Shown: positions 17,001 through 24,764, numbered from the stretch's first letter. The stretch: 64,000 nucleotides of DNA from an uncultured Candidatus Peribacteria bacterium (GCA_964509975.1 CAZDZO010000001.1:4006-68005), one strand, 5' to 3'. The notes: generated by a model from the sequence alone, not told the origin. Numbers and translations: made by a program.

Positions 17001-18219
17001 GAAATATCCAGGAAAAACGATTGCTGTCGCAAGTCACGGAGGTGCTGTTTTGGAAGCGATTGCGATGACCAATCGTGTACCGCACGGGACAGAAGATTAC
17101 TTGCGAGTCTTCCAACCGCCTACGGGAACCGAAACCGTCGTGTTCGCCGAACCCGTTCCTCAGACCGAACTCGATCAATGGATTTTGTCTGAACTACAGA
17201 CCCTCATCGAGCAATACAAAAATCATTTCGATGCCTACGATTTAGAAGGAGCGTTGAAACTGATTCCTGGATTTATTGATAACCTAAACAATTGGTATTT
17301 GCGTCGTTCTCGTCGTCGATTCTGGGCACCTGACATGAGTGAAGAAAAACAATCTGGGTACGAAACGCTTCATCACGTACTCTTCATGGTGTCGAAAATA
17401 TTGGCCCCTGTCTGTCCATTTTTCGCGGAAGATTTGTTTCAGAAACTCGCACATGGAGAATCTGTTCACCTTACCTTTTTCCCTTTTGCGAAAAAAGAAT
17501 GGCAGAATGAAAAGATTGAAGACAAGATTCGTCTTTCTCGAGAAATCGTAAGTTTGGCCGCTGGAATCAGGGCACGAGCAAAGGTAAAACTCCGACAACC
17601 GCTTGAGAAATTACAATTCATGACCACGGACAAGGCGAACCTCGATCTTGATATTTTAAAAGAAGAGGCCAATGTAAAAGCAGTGGAACAACTCACTTCT
17701 GTTGAAGGTTTGGCTGATCGTGTTGTCCGCGTTAATGCCAAAAAAGTTGGCCCACGTCTCGGAAAAAAAGTGCAAGAAATCATTGCGAAAGGAAAATCTG
17801 GCGACTTTGAACTTTTGAAAAATGGAGATGTGAAAATTGCGGATGAGATTCTTACGGGTGAAGAATTTAGTTTTGGATTCGTTTGTGAAGAAGGGGTAGA
17901 AGCCGAAGCCACCGCTCGAACCGTAGTTATTCTCAATACAGAAATTTCTGAAAATTTGAAGTTGGAGGGATTCTCCCGAGAAGTTATTCGAGCCATTCAA
18001 GAGCTTCGAAAGAAAAAAGATTTCGATATCGCTGATCGTATTTCGATCCGGTACGCTACCGACTCGATTGCAATAAAAGACGTGTTCAAAACGTTTGAAT
18101 CGCTCATTGCTGGAGAAACTTTGGCTGAGGAAATAATTCATGGAGAGGTCAGTGATCCACTCGAAGAGCTCGATGTCGATGGGGAGAAACTGACGTTGGA
18201 GATTGCAGTAGTGGAGTAA
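14080..18219 (+). CDS. ileS: isoleucyl-tRNA synthetase with two inserted enzymatic domains
   Basis: HIGH motif 'PHYGHILAG', KMSKS motif 'GQKMSKSKKN', 'WAISRNRYWGTPIPVW' and 'AEGLDQTRGWFYTL'. ATG at 14080 ('MKNIFPSFDPQK') is preferred over the GTG at 14038. Total length about 1379 aa, versus the roughly 1000-1050 aa I expect for this IleRS type. Confidence 0.93.
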   Translation: MKNIFPSFDPQKSIAEHETDILKFWKENQIFEKSVNRRAKRNEFVFFDGPPFATGTPHYGHILAGAIKDVIPRYKTMQGYRVNRKWGWDCHGVPVEFQVEKEHRIGGKPGIEKMGVGKFNELCRSVVLRCADQWESTVDRMGRFVNFKDDYKTMDPEFMESVWWVFGELWKKGLIYEGEKVVSYSPKLGSPLSNFEANLNYKDIDDPAVTVKFELTEESKTYFLAWTTTPWTLLSNLALAVNPKLEYVKVKNEESGESYWLGKGVLEKYGITQEGEYTEFWNEVERRKGKDLIGKSYTPLFPFFENHENAFQVLSADYVSAEEGTGIVHQAPNFGEDDAKACHENNIGLLENPIDEHGFFNDKITELKGKYFRDDPEVEGSVDDNANKWVLDNLGTKLFMRNQIRHSYPHCWRTDSALMYRGIKTWFVDVQKIKKTILEQNQNINWVPEHLKDGRFGKMLIDAPDWAISRNRYWGTPIPVWRCDACGDIEVMGSRADLEKKIDKKVEDLHKHFVDDMEWGCAKCKGKMKRIEEVLDCWFESGAMPYASQHYPFANKEKDVELREVKTTKDWETYHELVKTELFERLLPSLVYDKNYPDGINPKTVSKILFLKDEPIGVLSYGPADAYNSLKEYAPKDSLFLRFIAIKKEFQGRGFGHSAIKDFKSFGYENNFENLILNSAPGAVGFYEKHGFEKDFWTGHAETNPENTPFGKKSEIENLKSKIADFPSADFIAEGLDQTRGWFYTLHVLGCALFGKNIFKNVITNGIVLAEDGQKMSKSKKNYPDPNIIFDKYGADAMRFYMLNSPVVRGENFRFAENGVAEVLKQIILPLRSSYQFFSTYANIDNWQPTKFLFVRHGEGDHNVAHIYSGDVKNKHHLTEKGRAQITETAKHIRNFDVLVASPFIRTQETAEILKKECKFEGEIITDDRVRELFFGKLEGKPFLPKTERLSNKETEQPEAVAKRVSEFMSDMAQKYPGKTIAVASHGGAVLEAIAMTNRVPHGTEDYLRVFQPPTGTETVVFAEPVPQTELDQWILSELQTLIEQYKNHFDAYDLEGALKLIPGFIDNLNNWYLRRSRRRFWAPDMSEEKQSGYETLHHVLFMVSKILAPVCPFFAEDLFQKLAHGESVHLTFFPFAKKEWQNEKIEDKIRLSREIVSLAAGIRARAKVKLRQPLEKLQFMTTDKANLDLDILKEEANVKAVEQLTSVEGLADRVVRVNAKKVGPRLGKKVQEIIAKGKSGDFELLKNGDVKIADEILTGEEFSFGFVCEEGVEAEATARTVVILNTEISENLKLEGFSREVIRAIQELRKKKDFDIADRISIRYATDSIAIKDVFKTFESLIAGETLAEEIIHGEVSDPLEELDVDGEKLTLEIAVVE
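15754..16248 (+). other. GNAT N-acetyltransferase-like domain inserted in the IleRS catalytic core
   Basis: 'LFLRFIAIKKEFQGRGFGHSAIKDF' (the Q/RxxGxG/A acetyl-CoA motif) and 'APGAVGFYEKHGFE', lying between the IleRS blocks 'HYPFANKE' and 'ADFIAEGLDQTRGWFY'. Confidence 0.8.
16627..17166 (+). other. histidine phosphatase (PGAM/cofactor-dependent mutase superfamily) domain inserted in IleRS
   Basis: 'FLFVRHGEGDHN' (RHG motif), 'LTEKGRAQ', 'VASPFIRTQETAEIL', 'ELFFGKLEGKP' and 'IAVASHGGAV', lying between 'FFSTYANIDNW' and 'LDQWILSELQ'. Confidence 0.8.
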
Positions 18220-18275
18220 TAGACTTGATTTTAGCTTTAATTCGTGGTACAATCTCCCGATTTATTAGCTTATTC

Positions 18276-18590
18276 ATGGTAGAATTTAAATTCACAATCG
18301 ACGACACTTCGGATGTTGAGGTATCCGAACCAAAGAAAAAACGAAAACGAAAGCGAATTGAACATGTTAAAGTCGAGAGCACAAAAGAAATTGCCGCACG
18401 TATTGCAGAAAAACAAGGAATCCCTTATGGGAGAGCCTTTGAACTCGCCAAAATCCAAAAGCAAAAAGAGATTGCTGATATGACAAAGTCTCGTGCAGAA
18501 AGATTGATTCCTCCAGATGCCTCACCTGAAATAAGGGCTTTTGCCTTGAGCTTGGTTAAAAATAAAACACAAGAAAAACGCGCGAGTTGA
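18276..18590 (+). CDS. small basic hypothetical protein
   Basis: ATG at 18276 ('MVEFKFTIDD..KKKRKRKRIE'). The ORF track begins at an upstream TTG. TGGTACAAT, an extended -10-like motif, lies at 18245-18253. Confidence 0.45.
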   Translation: MVEFKFTIDDTSDVEVSEPKKKRKRKRIEHVKVESTKEIAARIAEKQGIPYGRAFELAKIQKQKEIADMTKSRAERLIPPDASPEIRAFALSLVKNKTQEKRAS

Positions 18591-20087
18591 TCAGTGTAAA
18601 AACGCCCGCATCTCCGTCAGCACCATCGCCATCCCGAGTTCATCTGTTTTTGCAAACACTTCTGGATCTTTTACCGATCCTCCGGGCTGAATAATTGAGC
18701 TTATTCCTGCAGCTCCCGCCGCCTCCACGGCGTCCGGAAAGGGAAAGAAAGCATCTGATGCCAAGACCGCATCTTTGGCATGTTGACCTGCTTGATCAAG
18801 AGCATTTTTCATCGCATCTACACGTGATGTCTGTCCTCCGTTTGCACCAATGAGTGCTCCATCTTTCACAACAACTATTGCATTTGATTTTACGATTTTC
18901 ACTATCCGCCATGCGGTTTCGAGATCATACCATTCATCGTCAGTTGGTTTTTTTGTAGTGGCTACTTTGAGATTTCCGAAGTCGGGATTTACAATGTCGG
19001 CATCTTGTATCAATGTTCCTCCTCGCACTTTTTTAACGACAATATCGGATGTCCTTTTATCGAAATTCGGAACTTTGAGCACACGTAGATTCTTTTTTGT
19101 TTTCAAAACTTCAAGTGCATCGTCATCGAAATCCGGAGCCAAAACAACTTCGTTAAAGAAGTCGATAATTCCCTCTGCAACCACCTTTGTTACTTTTCGG
19201 TTCAAAGCAATAATGCCTCCAAAAGCAGATACTCGATCTCCCATTTTAAAAGCTTTTTCAAAGGCTTCATCGATATTTTTTCCCATCGCTGCACAACACG
19301 GAGAAGCGTGTTTGATGATGCAGGCAAATGGTTTTTCGAAACTCATCGCAAGTTCCAATGCGCCGTTTGCGTCTCCAAAGTTGTTATAAGAAAGTGGTTT
19401 TCCGTTAAGAAATTCTGCATGTACTAAGTTCGCTCCTGTTGAAAATGGATCTTCTAAAATCACTGCTTTTTGATGTGGATTTTCTCCATATCGTAGTGGC
19501 ATTTTTTCAGAATTTTCATTCCAGAATTTCGCAATGAGAAGATCGTAGTGCGCTGTCATTTCAAATACTTTTGTGGCGAGTAATTTCTTGAATTTCAACG
19601 ACACGTTTTCATTTTTAAATTCCTCCAGAACACTATCATAATCTACTGGATCAACCACTGGTAAACAAAATTCATAGTTCTTTGCCGCGGCACGAATCAT
19701 TGATGGTCCTCCGATATCAATCTGTTCTACTTTGTCTTCAAATGATTTGGAATCGTCTTCGTAATTCTTTTTAAACGGGTATAAATTCACTACTACTAAA
19801 TCAATATTTTCGATGTTGTTTTCTTGGCAAAATTTCTGGTGTTCTGTGTTGTTGCGCAAATTCAAAACCCCTCCAAAAACTTGTGGCGTGAGTGTTTTGA
19901 TTCGCCCCTCAAGTCCTTCTGGAAATCCAGTGAAATCAGCCACTTCGATGAGGTTTTTAACACCCTCTTTTTTCAACTTCTTGAACGTTCCGCCTGTAGA
20001 AATAATCCGGAAGTCCAATGCCTCCAGTCCTTTTGCAAGCTCAACGATTCCTGTTTTATCCGAAACCGAAATCAAAGCATTTTTCAT
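18591..20087 (-). CDS. purH: bifunctional AICAR transformylase / IMP cyclohydrolase PurH
   Basis: 'MKNALISVSDKTGIVELAKGL..ISTGGT' MGS-like N-terminus and an AICARFT body. The upstream ATG at 20105 lies inside the GTCAT repeat, so 20087 is preferred. Confidence 0.9.
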   Translation of the reverse strand: MKNALISVSDKTGIVELAKGLEALDFRIISTGGTFKKLKKEGVKNLIEVADFTGFPEGLEGRIKTLTPQVFGGVLNLRNNTEHQKFCQENNIENIDLVVVNLYPFKKNYEDDSKSFEDKVEQIDIGGPSMIRAAAKNYEFCLPVVDPVDYDSVLEEFKNENVSLKFKKLLATKVFEMTAHYDLLIAKFWNENSEKMPLRYGENPHQKAVILEDPFSTGANLVHAEFLNGKPLSYNNFGDANGALELAMSFEKPFACIIKHASPCCAAMGKNIDEAFEKAFKMGDRVSAFGGIIALNRKVTKVVAEGIIDFFNEVVLAPDFDDDALEVLKTKKNLRVLKVPNFDKRTSDIVVKKVRGGTLIQDADIVNPDFGNLKVATTKKPTDDEWYDLETAWRIVKIVKSNAIVVVKDGALIGANGGQTSRVDAMKNALDQAGQHAKDAVLASDAFFPFPDAVEAAGAAGISSIIQPGGSVKDPEVFAKTDELGMAMVLTEMRAFLH

Positions 20088-20096
20088 GTGAGAAAA

Positions 20097-20124
20097 TTTT
20101 GTCATTCCCGCGAAGGCGGGAACC
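20097..20124 (+). repeat. TTTGTCATTC-type hairpin repeat, solo copy
   Basis: TTTTGTCATTCCCGCGAAGGCGGGAACC, with stem TTCCCGC/GCGGGAA. Confidence 0.6.
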
Positions 20125-20188
20125 TAGAACTACACCTACATTGTAAACATTCCTCCCTTCAAATCAACACTGAACTATGTTCTAAGTT

Positions 20189-21439
20189 CTAAGTTCTGAT
20201 CTGAAAGATCTCTGCCGAATTTGGATTGGCAAGGAGTCTATTTTGTAAAACCTTATCGACCGTTTCTTTTGAAGCTTCTTTGAAGTTCCAGCATCGGAAG
20301 ATACGAACTCTTACCTCTGTATCAAACATTGTTGAAAGCTTCTCACTAAGCGCCACCGCTGAGTCGTCTTCAAAGGGAAGGACTGCATATTTGAATTCAA
20401 CGGATCCGGATCCCGACTCAATAAGCACCTCTTTATTTGGGTTATAAATCAATCCAGATTCAAACAATTTTTTCTTGGGATCCGGATCCCCTTCAACTTC
20501 AATTTCATACAAGAAAGATTTTTCAAATTCTATTTTTTCACCCGCAATATTGCTGGCAGTTTGTGAAACAGAAAAAGCTTCGTTATCCGTGATAAGGAGT
20601 TTCTTTTCCATCACAATCGCAACTTCTTTAAGTTCTAGAGTTGGTGTTTCTGGAACTTCAACTTTACTAAAATCTCCAATTTCAACACTTTCCGGAGAAC
20701 GTCCTGCTTTAATCCATTCGTTCATTGATTTCATAATCTGGTCTCCATCACATGAAGCATAAAACCGCTCAGGATGGGGCATAATCGCACCCACTGTTCC
20801 CTCCTTGTTTACTATCATTGCGGTAGCGAAAAGAGCTCCGTTTGGAGTAATTGGAAAATTTGCGTCGACATTTCCTTCCTCATCACAGTATCGGAACGCC
20901 ACTTGACTTCCTTCTTCAAGAACTCGTAAAGCTGTTTTATCAATTGATGTGAATCGTCCTTCTCCATGTGCCACTGGCACCTTCAATAATTCTGAAACGT
21001 TATGAGAAAACGCCGTATCTTTTCGTTCTGGTTTGATATTTACCCACACATTGTAGTACCCCGTTCCGAGTACTTTTCCTTCCTTGTCTCGGCGAACATT
21101 GTCGGCGAGCGAGAATGGCACAGGGTTGTCTCCGACCGGAATCAATCCTGATTCTACAATCATTTGAGCTCCATTACACACCCCAAGAATCACTTTTCCT
21201 TTCTTGGCTTCTTCTCGAATAGCGTCGAATATTTTTTCTCGTGCGGCAATTGATCCTGATCGTCCTCGATCTTCAAATGAAAATCCTCCAATCAAAAAAT
21301 ATGCATCAAAGTTTCCTATTTTTTCAATTTCGTTCCAAAGCACGAGTTCTGCTTCAAATCCATTTCTTTCTGCCGCACGAATAGATTCTGATTCGCAATT
21401 ATTTCCAGGGAACGTGATAACGGCAAGTTTTGGGGTCAT
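20189..21439 (-). CDS. purQ: FGAM synthase glutaminase PurQ fused to two tandem PurS-like domains
   Basis: ATG at 21439 ('MTPKLAVITFPGNNCE'). 'LGVCNGAQMIV' holds the Cys nucleophile; 'AHGEGRF' and 'MPHPER' are also present. C-terminal ~165 aa contain two PurS-like repeats, ending 'GLIYNPNKEVLIE' and 'LLANPNSAEIFQI'. The longer ORF-track N-terminus overlaps rmuC and is rejected. Confidence 0.8.
   Translation of the reverse strand: MTPKLAVITFPGNNCESESIRAAERNGFEAELVLWNEIEKIGNFDAYFLIGGFSFEDRGRSGSIAAREKIFDAIREEAKKGKVILGVCNGAQMIVESGLIPVGDNPVPFSLADNVRRDKEGKVLGTGYYNVWVNIKPERKDTAFSHNVSELLKVPVAHGEGRFTSIDKTALRVLEEGSQVAFRYCDEEGNVDANFPITPNGALFATAMIVNKEGTVGAIMPHPERFYASCDGDQIMKSMNEWIKAGRSPESVEIGDFSKVEVPETPTLELKEVAIVMEKKLLITDNEAFSVSQTASNIAGEKIEFEKSFLYEIEVEGDPDPKKKLFESGLIYNPNKEVLIESGSGSVEFKYAVLPFEDDSAVALSEKLSTMFDTEVRVRIFRCWNFKEASKETVDKVLQNRLLANPNSAEIFQIRT
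20402..20413. repeat. single GGATCCGGATCC unit in frame (GSGS) in the PurS-like region
   Basis: Exact 12-mer. Confidence 0.8.
20478..20489. repeat. single GGATCCGGATCC unit in frame (DPDP) in the PurS-like region
   Basis: Exact 12-mer, 64 nt from the unit at 20402. Confidence 0.8.
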
Positions 21440-21506
21440 TTGTGAGCGAATTGTAAGGCAAAATGCATTTTTAAAAAAGTAAAAAATCGGTACACTCTTC
21501 GCGCAC

Positions 21507-22553
21507 ATGGAGATAATCTTAATAGTTGTTGGGGTATTAATACTCGCTGGAATTGGGCTGGTTTTTTGGAAGCTAAATTCTTCGGGAGAAAACGGGAACC
21601 TGTTGAATGAATTAAAACAAGACCGAGAAACACGATTTCGAGAAGCCGAAAGTTTGCGAAATGAGATGAGAGAAAGTTCAAAAATACTTCGAGAACAATT
21701 TGATCGAGTGAATAAAACGGTAGATACAAAATTATCAGACTCTTCAAAACAATTGAACGAACGACTCGATAAATCCTCTAATGTGATTGGAAATTTGCAA
21801 AAAGAACTCGGGAAAATGGGAGAAATTGGGTCAAAAATTGAAAATCTCGATAAAATCCTCCGTGCCCCAAAAGGCCGTGGTGGAATGGGAGAAGAGAGTT
21901 TGGAAGAAATTTTGCGATCAGTATTTCCAGCAAATTTATGGGAACGACAATTTAATCTTGGAACGGGACTCGTGGTAGATGCGGTTGTGAAAACTTCCAG
22001 TGGGATTATCCCTATTGATGCCAAATTTCCGCTTCCCGCATTTGAAAGAATTGTACAAGCAGAAAATGATGATGCATTGGAAAAAGCGCAGAAGGAATTT
22101 CAAAAAGATATGAAACTTCGAATTGATGAAGTTGCGAAATATATTCGTCCAGAGAAGGAAACGATGGACTTTGCAATTCTCTTTTTGCCAAACGAAAACG
22201 TGTACTACGAAGCTGCGATTCGTTCTGGGGAAATCAGTGAATACACAAAGAAAAAGAAGGTCCTCCTCACGGGGCCAAACACGATGCTCTACGTACTTCA
22301 AATGTTATTTCAGGCGTATCAAAGTCAAGAATTCGCTCGTGAAGCACAACACGCATTGGCAGAGCTTTCAGGGGTAAAGAAGCAAGCTGAACGACTGGAT
22401 GAAGAAATTGGAGTTTTAGCAAAACACATCGGAAATGCGAACTCGAAAGTGTCTGACGTACAAGGGGAAAACATGAAACTTCAAAATCAAGTCGAACGAG
22501 CGCAAGCGCTTGAATCCGACCTTACACAACCACAACAAGATAAACTTCTTTAA
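21507..22553 (+). CDS. rmuC: DNA recombination protein RmuC
   Basis: N-terminal TM segment, coiled coil, then 'LRAPKGRGGMGEESLEEIL' and 'VDAVVKTSSGIIPIDAKFP', typical of RmuC. Confidence 0.8.
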   Translation: MEIILIVVGVLILAGIGLVFWKLNSSGENGNLLNELKQDRETRFREAESLRNEMRESSKILREQFDRVNKTVDTKLSDSSKQLNERLDKSSNVIGNLQKELGKMGEIGSKIENLDKILRAPKGRGGMGEESLEEILRSVFPANLWERQFNLGTGLVVDAVVKTSSGIIPIDAKFPLPAFERIVQAENDDALEKAQKEFQKDMKLRIDEVAKYIRPEKETMDFAILFLPNENVYYEAAIRSGEISEYTKKKKVLLTGPNTMLYVLQMLFQAYQSQEFAREAQHALAELSGVKKQAERLDEEIGVLAKHIGNANSKVSDVQGENMKLQNQVERAQALESDLTQPQQDKLL

Positions 22554-22556
22554 AAT

Positions 22557-23840
22557 ATGAATCTCGATTTCACCGGATCCGACGCAGCTGAACTCTTGAA
22601 AAAACACAACATTGCCCTAAAACTTTCCGAGGCTTTGGACTTACAAAAACAACTCGGTCGACCAATGACACTCACCGAGGCAACTATTTTTGGAATTCAA
22701 TTGTCCGAACATTGTTCGTACAAAAGTTCTGGAAAGTTTTTGAAAACATTGCCCACCAAGGGACCGAGTGTGATCTTGGGACCAGCGGAGGATTCTGGAA
22801 TTGTGAAAGTCTTTGAAGAAAACGGGGAAAATTATGCGATTGCGGTATCACATGAATCACACAACCACCCCAGTCAAATCGTACCGTACGAAGGTGCTGC
22901 AACGGGAGTCGGAGGGATTGTCCGTGACATTTTGTGCATGGGAGCACGTCCGGTAGGAACACTGGATTCTTTGAGATTTGGAGATCCTAAAAAAAACCTG
23001 CAAAAAAATATTGCGGCTGTAGCCGTGGAAGGAATCGCCGGATATGGAAATCCGCTCGGCGTTCCTAATGCGGGAGGAGATGTGTTCTTCGATAAAAACT
23101 TTGATGAAAACTGTCTGGTCAATGTGACGGCGATGGGCGTTTTGCGCGAATCTGATTTGATTCATTCCTACGTGCCACAATGTGCGGCTGAAGAGAAATG
23201 GGATTTGCTTATTGTGGGAAAACCAACTGATAATTCTGGATTTGGAGGGGCGAGTTTTGCCTCCGATACCTTTGAAGAAGATGATGATATGGAAAGCAAA
23301 AAAGCGGCAGTTCAAGAGCCGAACCCGTTTTTGGAACGACATCTTGTGGCATCATTTCTCGATCTTTTTGAAACACTCAAGAAAGAAGGAACCTTTGATA
23401 AATTTGCGTGTAAAGACTTGGGCGCCGGAGGCGTGGTATGTGCAACAGTTGAAATCGTCGACAGTGCAGGATTTGGAGCTGATGTCTGCATGGACAAACT
23501 CCACACAGTGGGAGATTCCCCTCCTCATGTGGTAGCTTGCAGTGAAACGCAGGAACGATTTTGCGTTGCCTGTCACCCTGATCTCACAGGACAAATTCTC
23601 GACCACTTCAATAAAAAATGGGAACTCGGAAAAGTCGCGGCCAATGCTGGTGCTTCGGTTGTTGGAACGGTACGAGCTGATGGCAAGTACATCGTTAAAT
23701 ATGGGGACGAAGTGCTCTGTGATGCACCGGCAAGCATGGTGACCGAGGGAATTACGTACGATCGTGAATACGAAATTCCAAAGATTGTAGAGAAAAAAAC
23801 AGAAGTAACGTTTGAGAACGGGGAGATTGTTTTCTCTTAA
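22557..23840 (+). CDS. purL: FGAM synthase subunit PurL, N-terminal half only (427 aa)
   Basis: 'SEHCSYKSS', 'SHESHNHPSQIVPYEGAATGVGGIVRDILCMGARP', 'GYGNPLGVPNAGG' and 'SETQERF'. It ends where the second PurM-like half of small PurL would normally begin. Confidence 0.8.
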   Translation: MNLDFTGSDAAELLKKHNIALKLSEALDLQKQLGRPMTLTEATIFGIQLSEHCSYKSSGKFLKTLPTKGPSVILGPAEDSGIVKVFEENGENYAIAVSHESHNHPSQIVPYEGAATGVGGIVRDILCMGARPVGTLDSLRFGDPKKNLQKNIAAVAVEGIAGYGNPLGVPNAGGDVFFDKNFDENCLVNVTAMGVLRESDLIHSYVPQCAAEEKWDLLIVGKPTDNSGFGGASFASDTFEEDDDMESKKAAVQEPNPFLERHLVASFLDLFETLKKEGTFDKFACKDLGAGGVVCATVEIVDSAGFGADVCMDKLHTVGDSPPHVVACSETQERFCVACHPDLTGQILDHFNKKWELGKVAANAGASVVGTVRADGKYIVKYGDEVLCDAPASMVTEGITYDREYEIPKIVEKKTEVTFENGEIVFS

Positions 23841-23850
23841 AAAAATACTT

Positions 23851-24050
23851 TGTCATCCTGGAATTATTTTTGTCATGCCGGAATCCTCTTCGAGCCTGAG
23901 CATTCATTTTTCCCCTCAGAGCCGATGGCCGGAGGGATATCCGGTATCCAGCTATTACAAACACGCCTTGAAAAAGATTCAAAGTAATTTCAAAAACTTA
24001 TTTTTTATGGCTGGGTCCCGGATATTCTTGCAGAATTCCGGGATGACGGG
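23851..24050. mobile_element. MITE-like element bounded by inverted GTCATCCYGGAATT termini
   Basis: The left end TGTCATCCTGGAATT matches the reverse complement of the right end GAATTCCGGGATGAC at 13/14 nt. There is an internal extra terminus at 23871 and a degenerate GGGATATCCGGTATCC at 23934-23949. Confidence 0.5.
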
Positions 24051-24095
24051 AGCAAGCAATTGATAATTATCGATTAATCTCTACACTCCAAAACG

Positions 24096-24743
24096 ATGTC
24101 ACATACCTTTTGGAGTCATGATTTTGGAGCCTTTGTCTTTGGACGGGTAGTTTTAAAAATAGATCCTCAAGCACAACTCGAATTATGCGTTTCGCAGACT
24201 GGTAAAAAAAAGGGGATGAGTGAAAGTGATTTTTGGGAAAAGGGGGTTGGAGAAATTGCGAAATCCCAAACTCGATTTGGACGCGTGAGCCTCTTCTTTG
24301 ATCGTGGAAACAAGGAAGCTGAATCCTTTTGCAAAGAGGTTGCAAAAACGAAATTAGAATATTCACCAAGCGAAACTAAACGCTCTGAAAAAACACTTCA
24401 GCTCACACCATTTCAAACACAAGCCCTTTGCCTTTTGGCAAATGAAGGATTGTCTGACAGTGTGGAATTTAGACGTCTTGCACGAAAATTCATCCGTCCT
24501 GCGAAACATGCCCATTGTGACACGATCTTTTTTCTCGATGCTATTCTGGGCGAAGAAAAGACGCGAAAAATCCTCCAGCACATTGCTGGAACACAAATTA
24601 AACTCTTTTTTCCAGATGATTTCATGGGGAAAGGGAAGCCTTCGGCAACAAAAACACGAGATATAAAAATTGAAAGTGAAGATGATACAGAGTTTACTAA
24701 AGAAATCGCCGAAAAAATCCTTCGAACGAAACTGAAGAACTAG
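24096..24743 (+). CDS. hypothetical protein
   Basis: 215-aa ORF with an ATG start. No motif recognised, and it is not the missing PurL half. Confidence 0.4.
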   Translation: MSHTFWSHDFGAFVFGRVVLKIDPQAQLELCVSQTGKKKGMSESDFWEKGVGEIAKSQTRFGRVSLFFDRGNKEAESFCKEVAKTKLEYSPSETKRSEKTLQLTPFQTQALCLLANEGLSDSVEFRRLARKFIRPAKHAHCDTIFFLDAILGEEKTRKILQHIAGTQIKLFFPDDFMGKGKPSATKTRDIKIESEDDTEFTKEIAEKILRTKLKN

Positions 24744-24764
24744 TACCACTTCCTTATCTCGATT

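Noticed and set aside
15754-17166. Whether the two IleRS insertions are inteins.
   Set aside because: There is no Cys/Ser/Thr at the N-terminal junctions, no terminal His-Asn followed by Cys/Ser/Thr, and no homing-endonuclease motifs. Instead the inserts carry complete GNAT and histidine-phosphatase motif sets.
21440-22024. The 195-aa N-terminal extension of ORF 20189..22024 ('MASIGIIPLEVF..').
   Set aside because: It overlaps the well-supported rmuC gene on the opposite strand and has low-complexity, Ser-rich composition. A clean PurQ N-terminus starts at ATG 21439.
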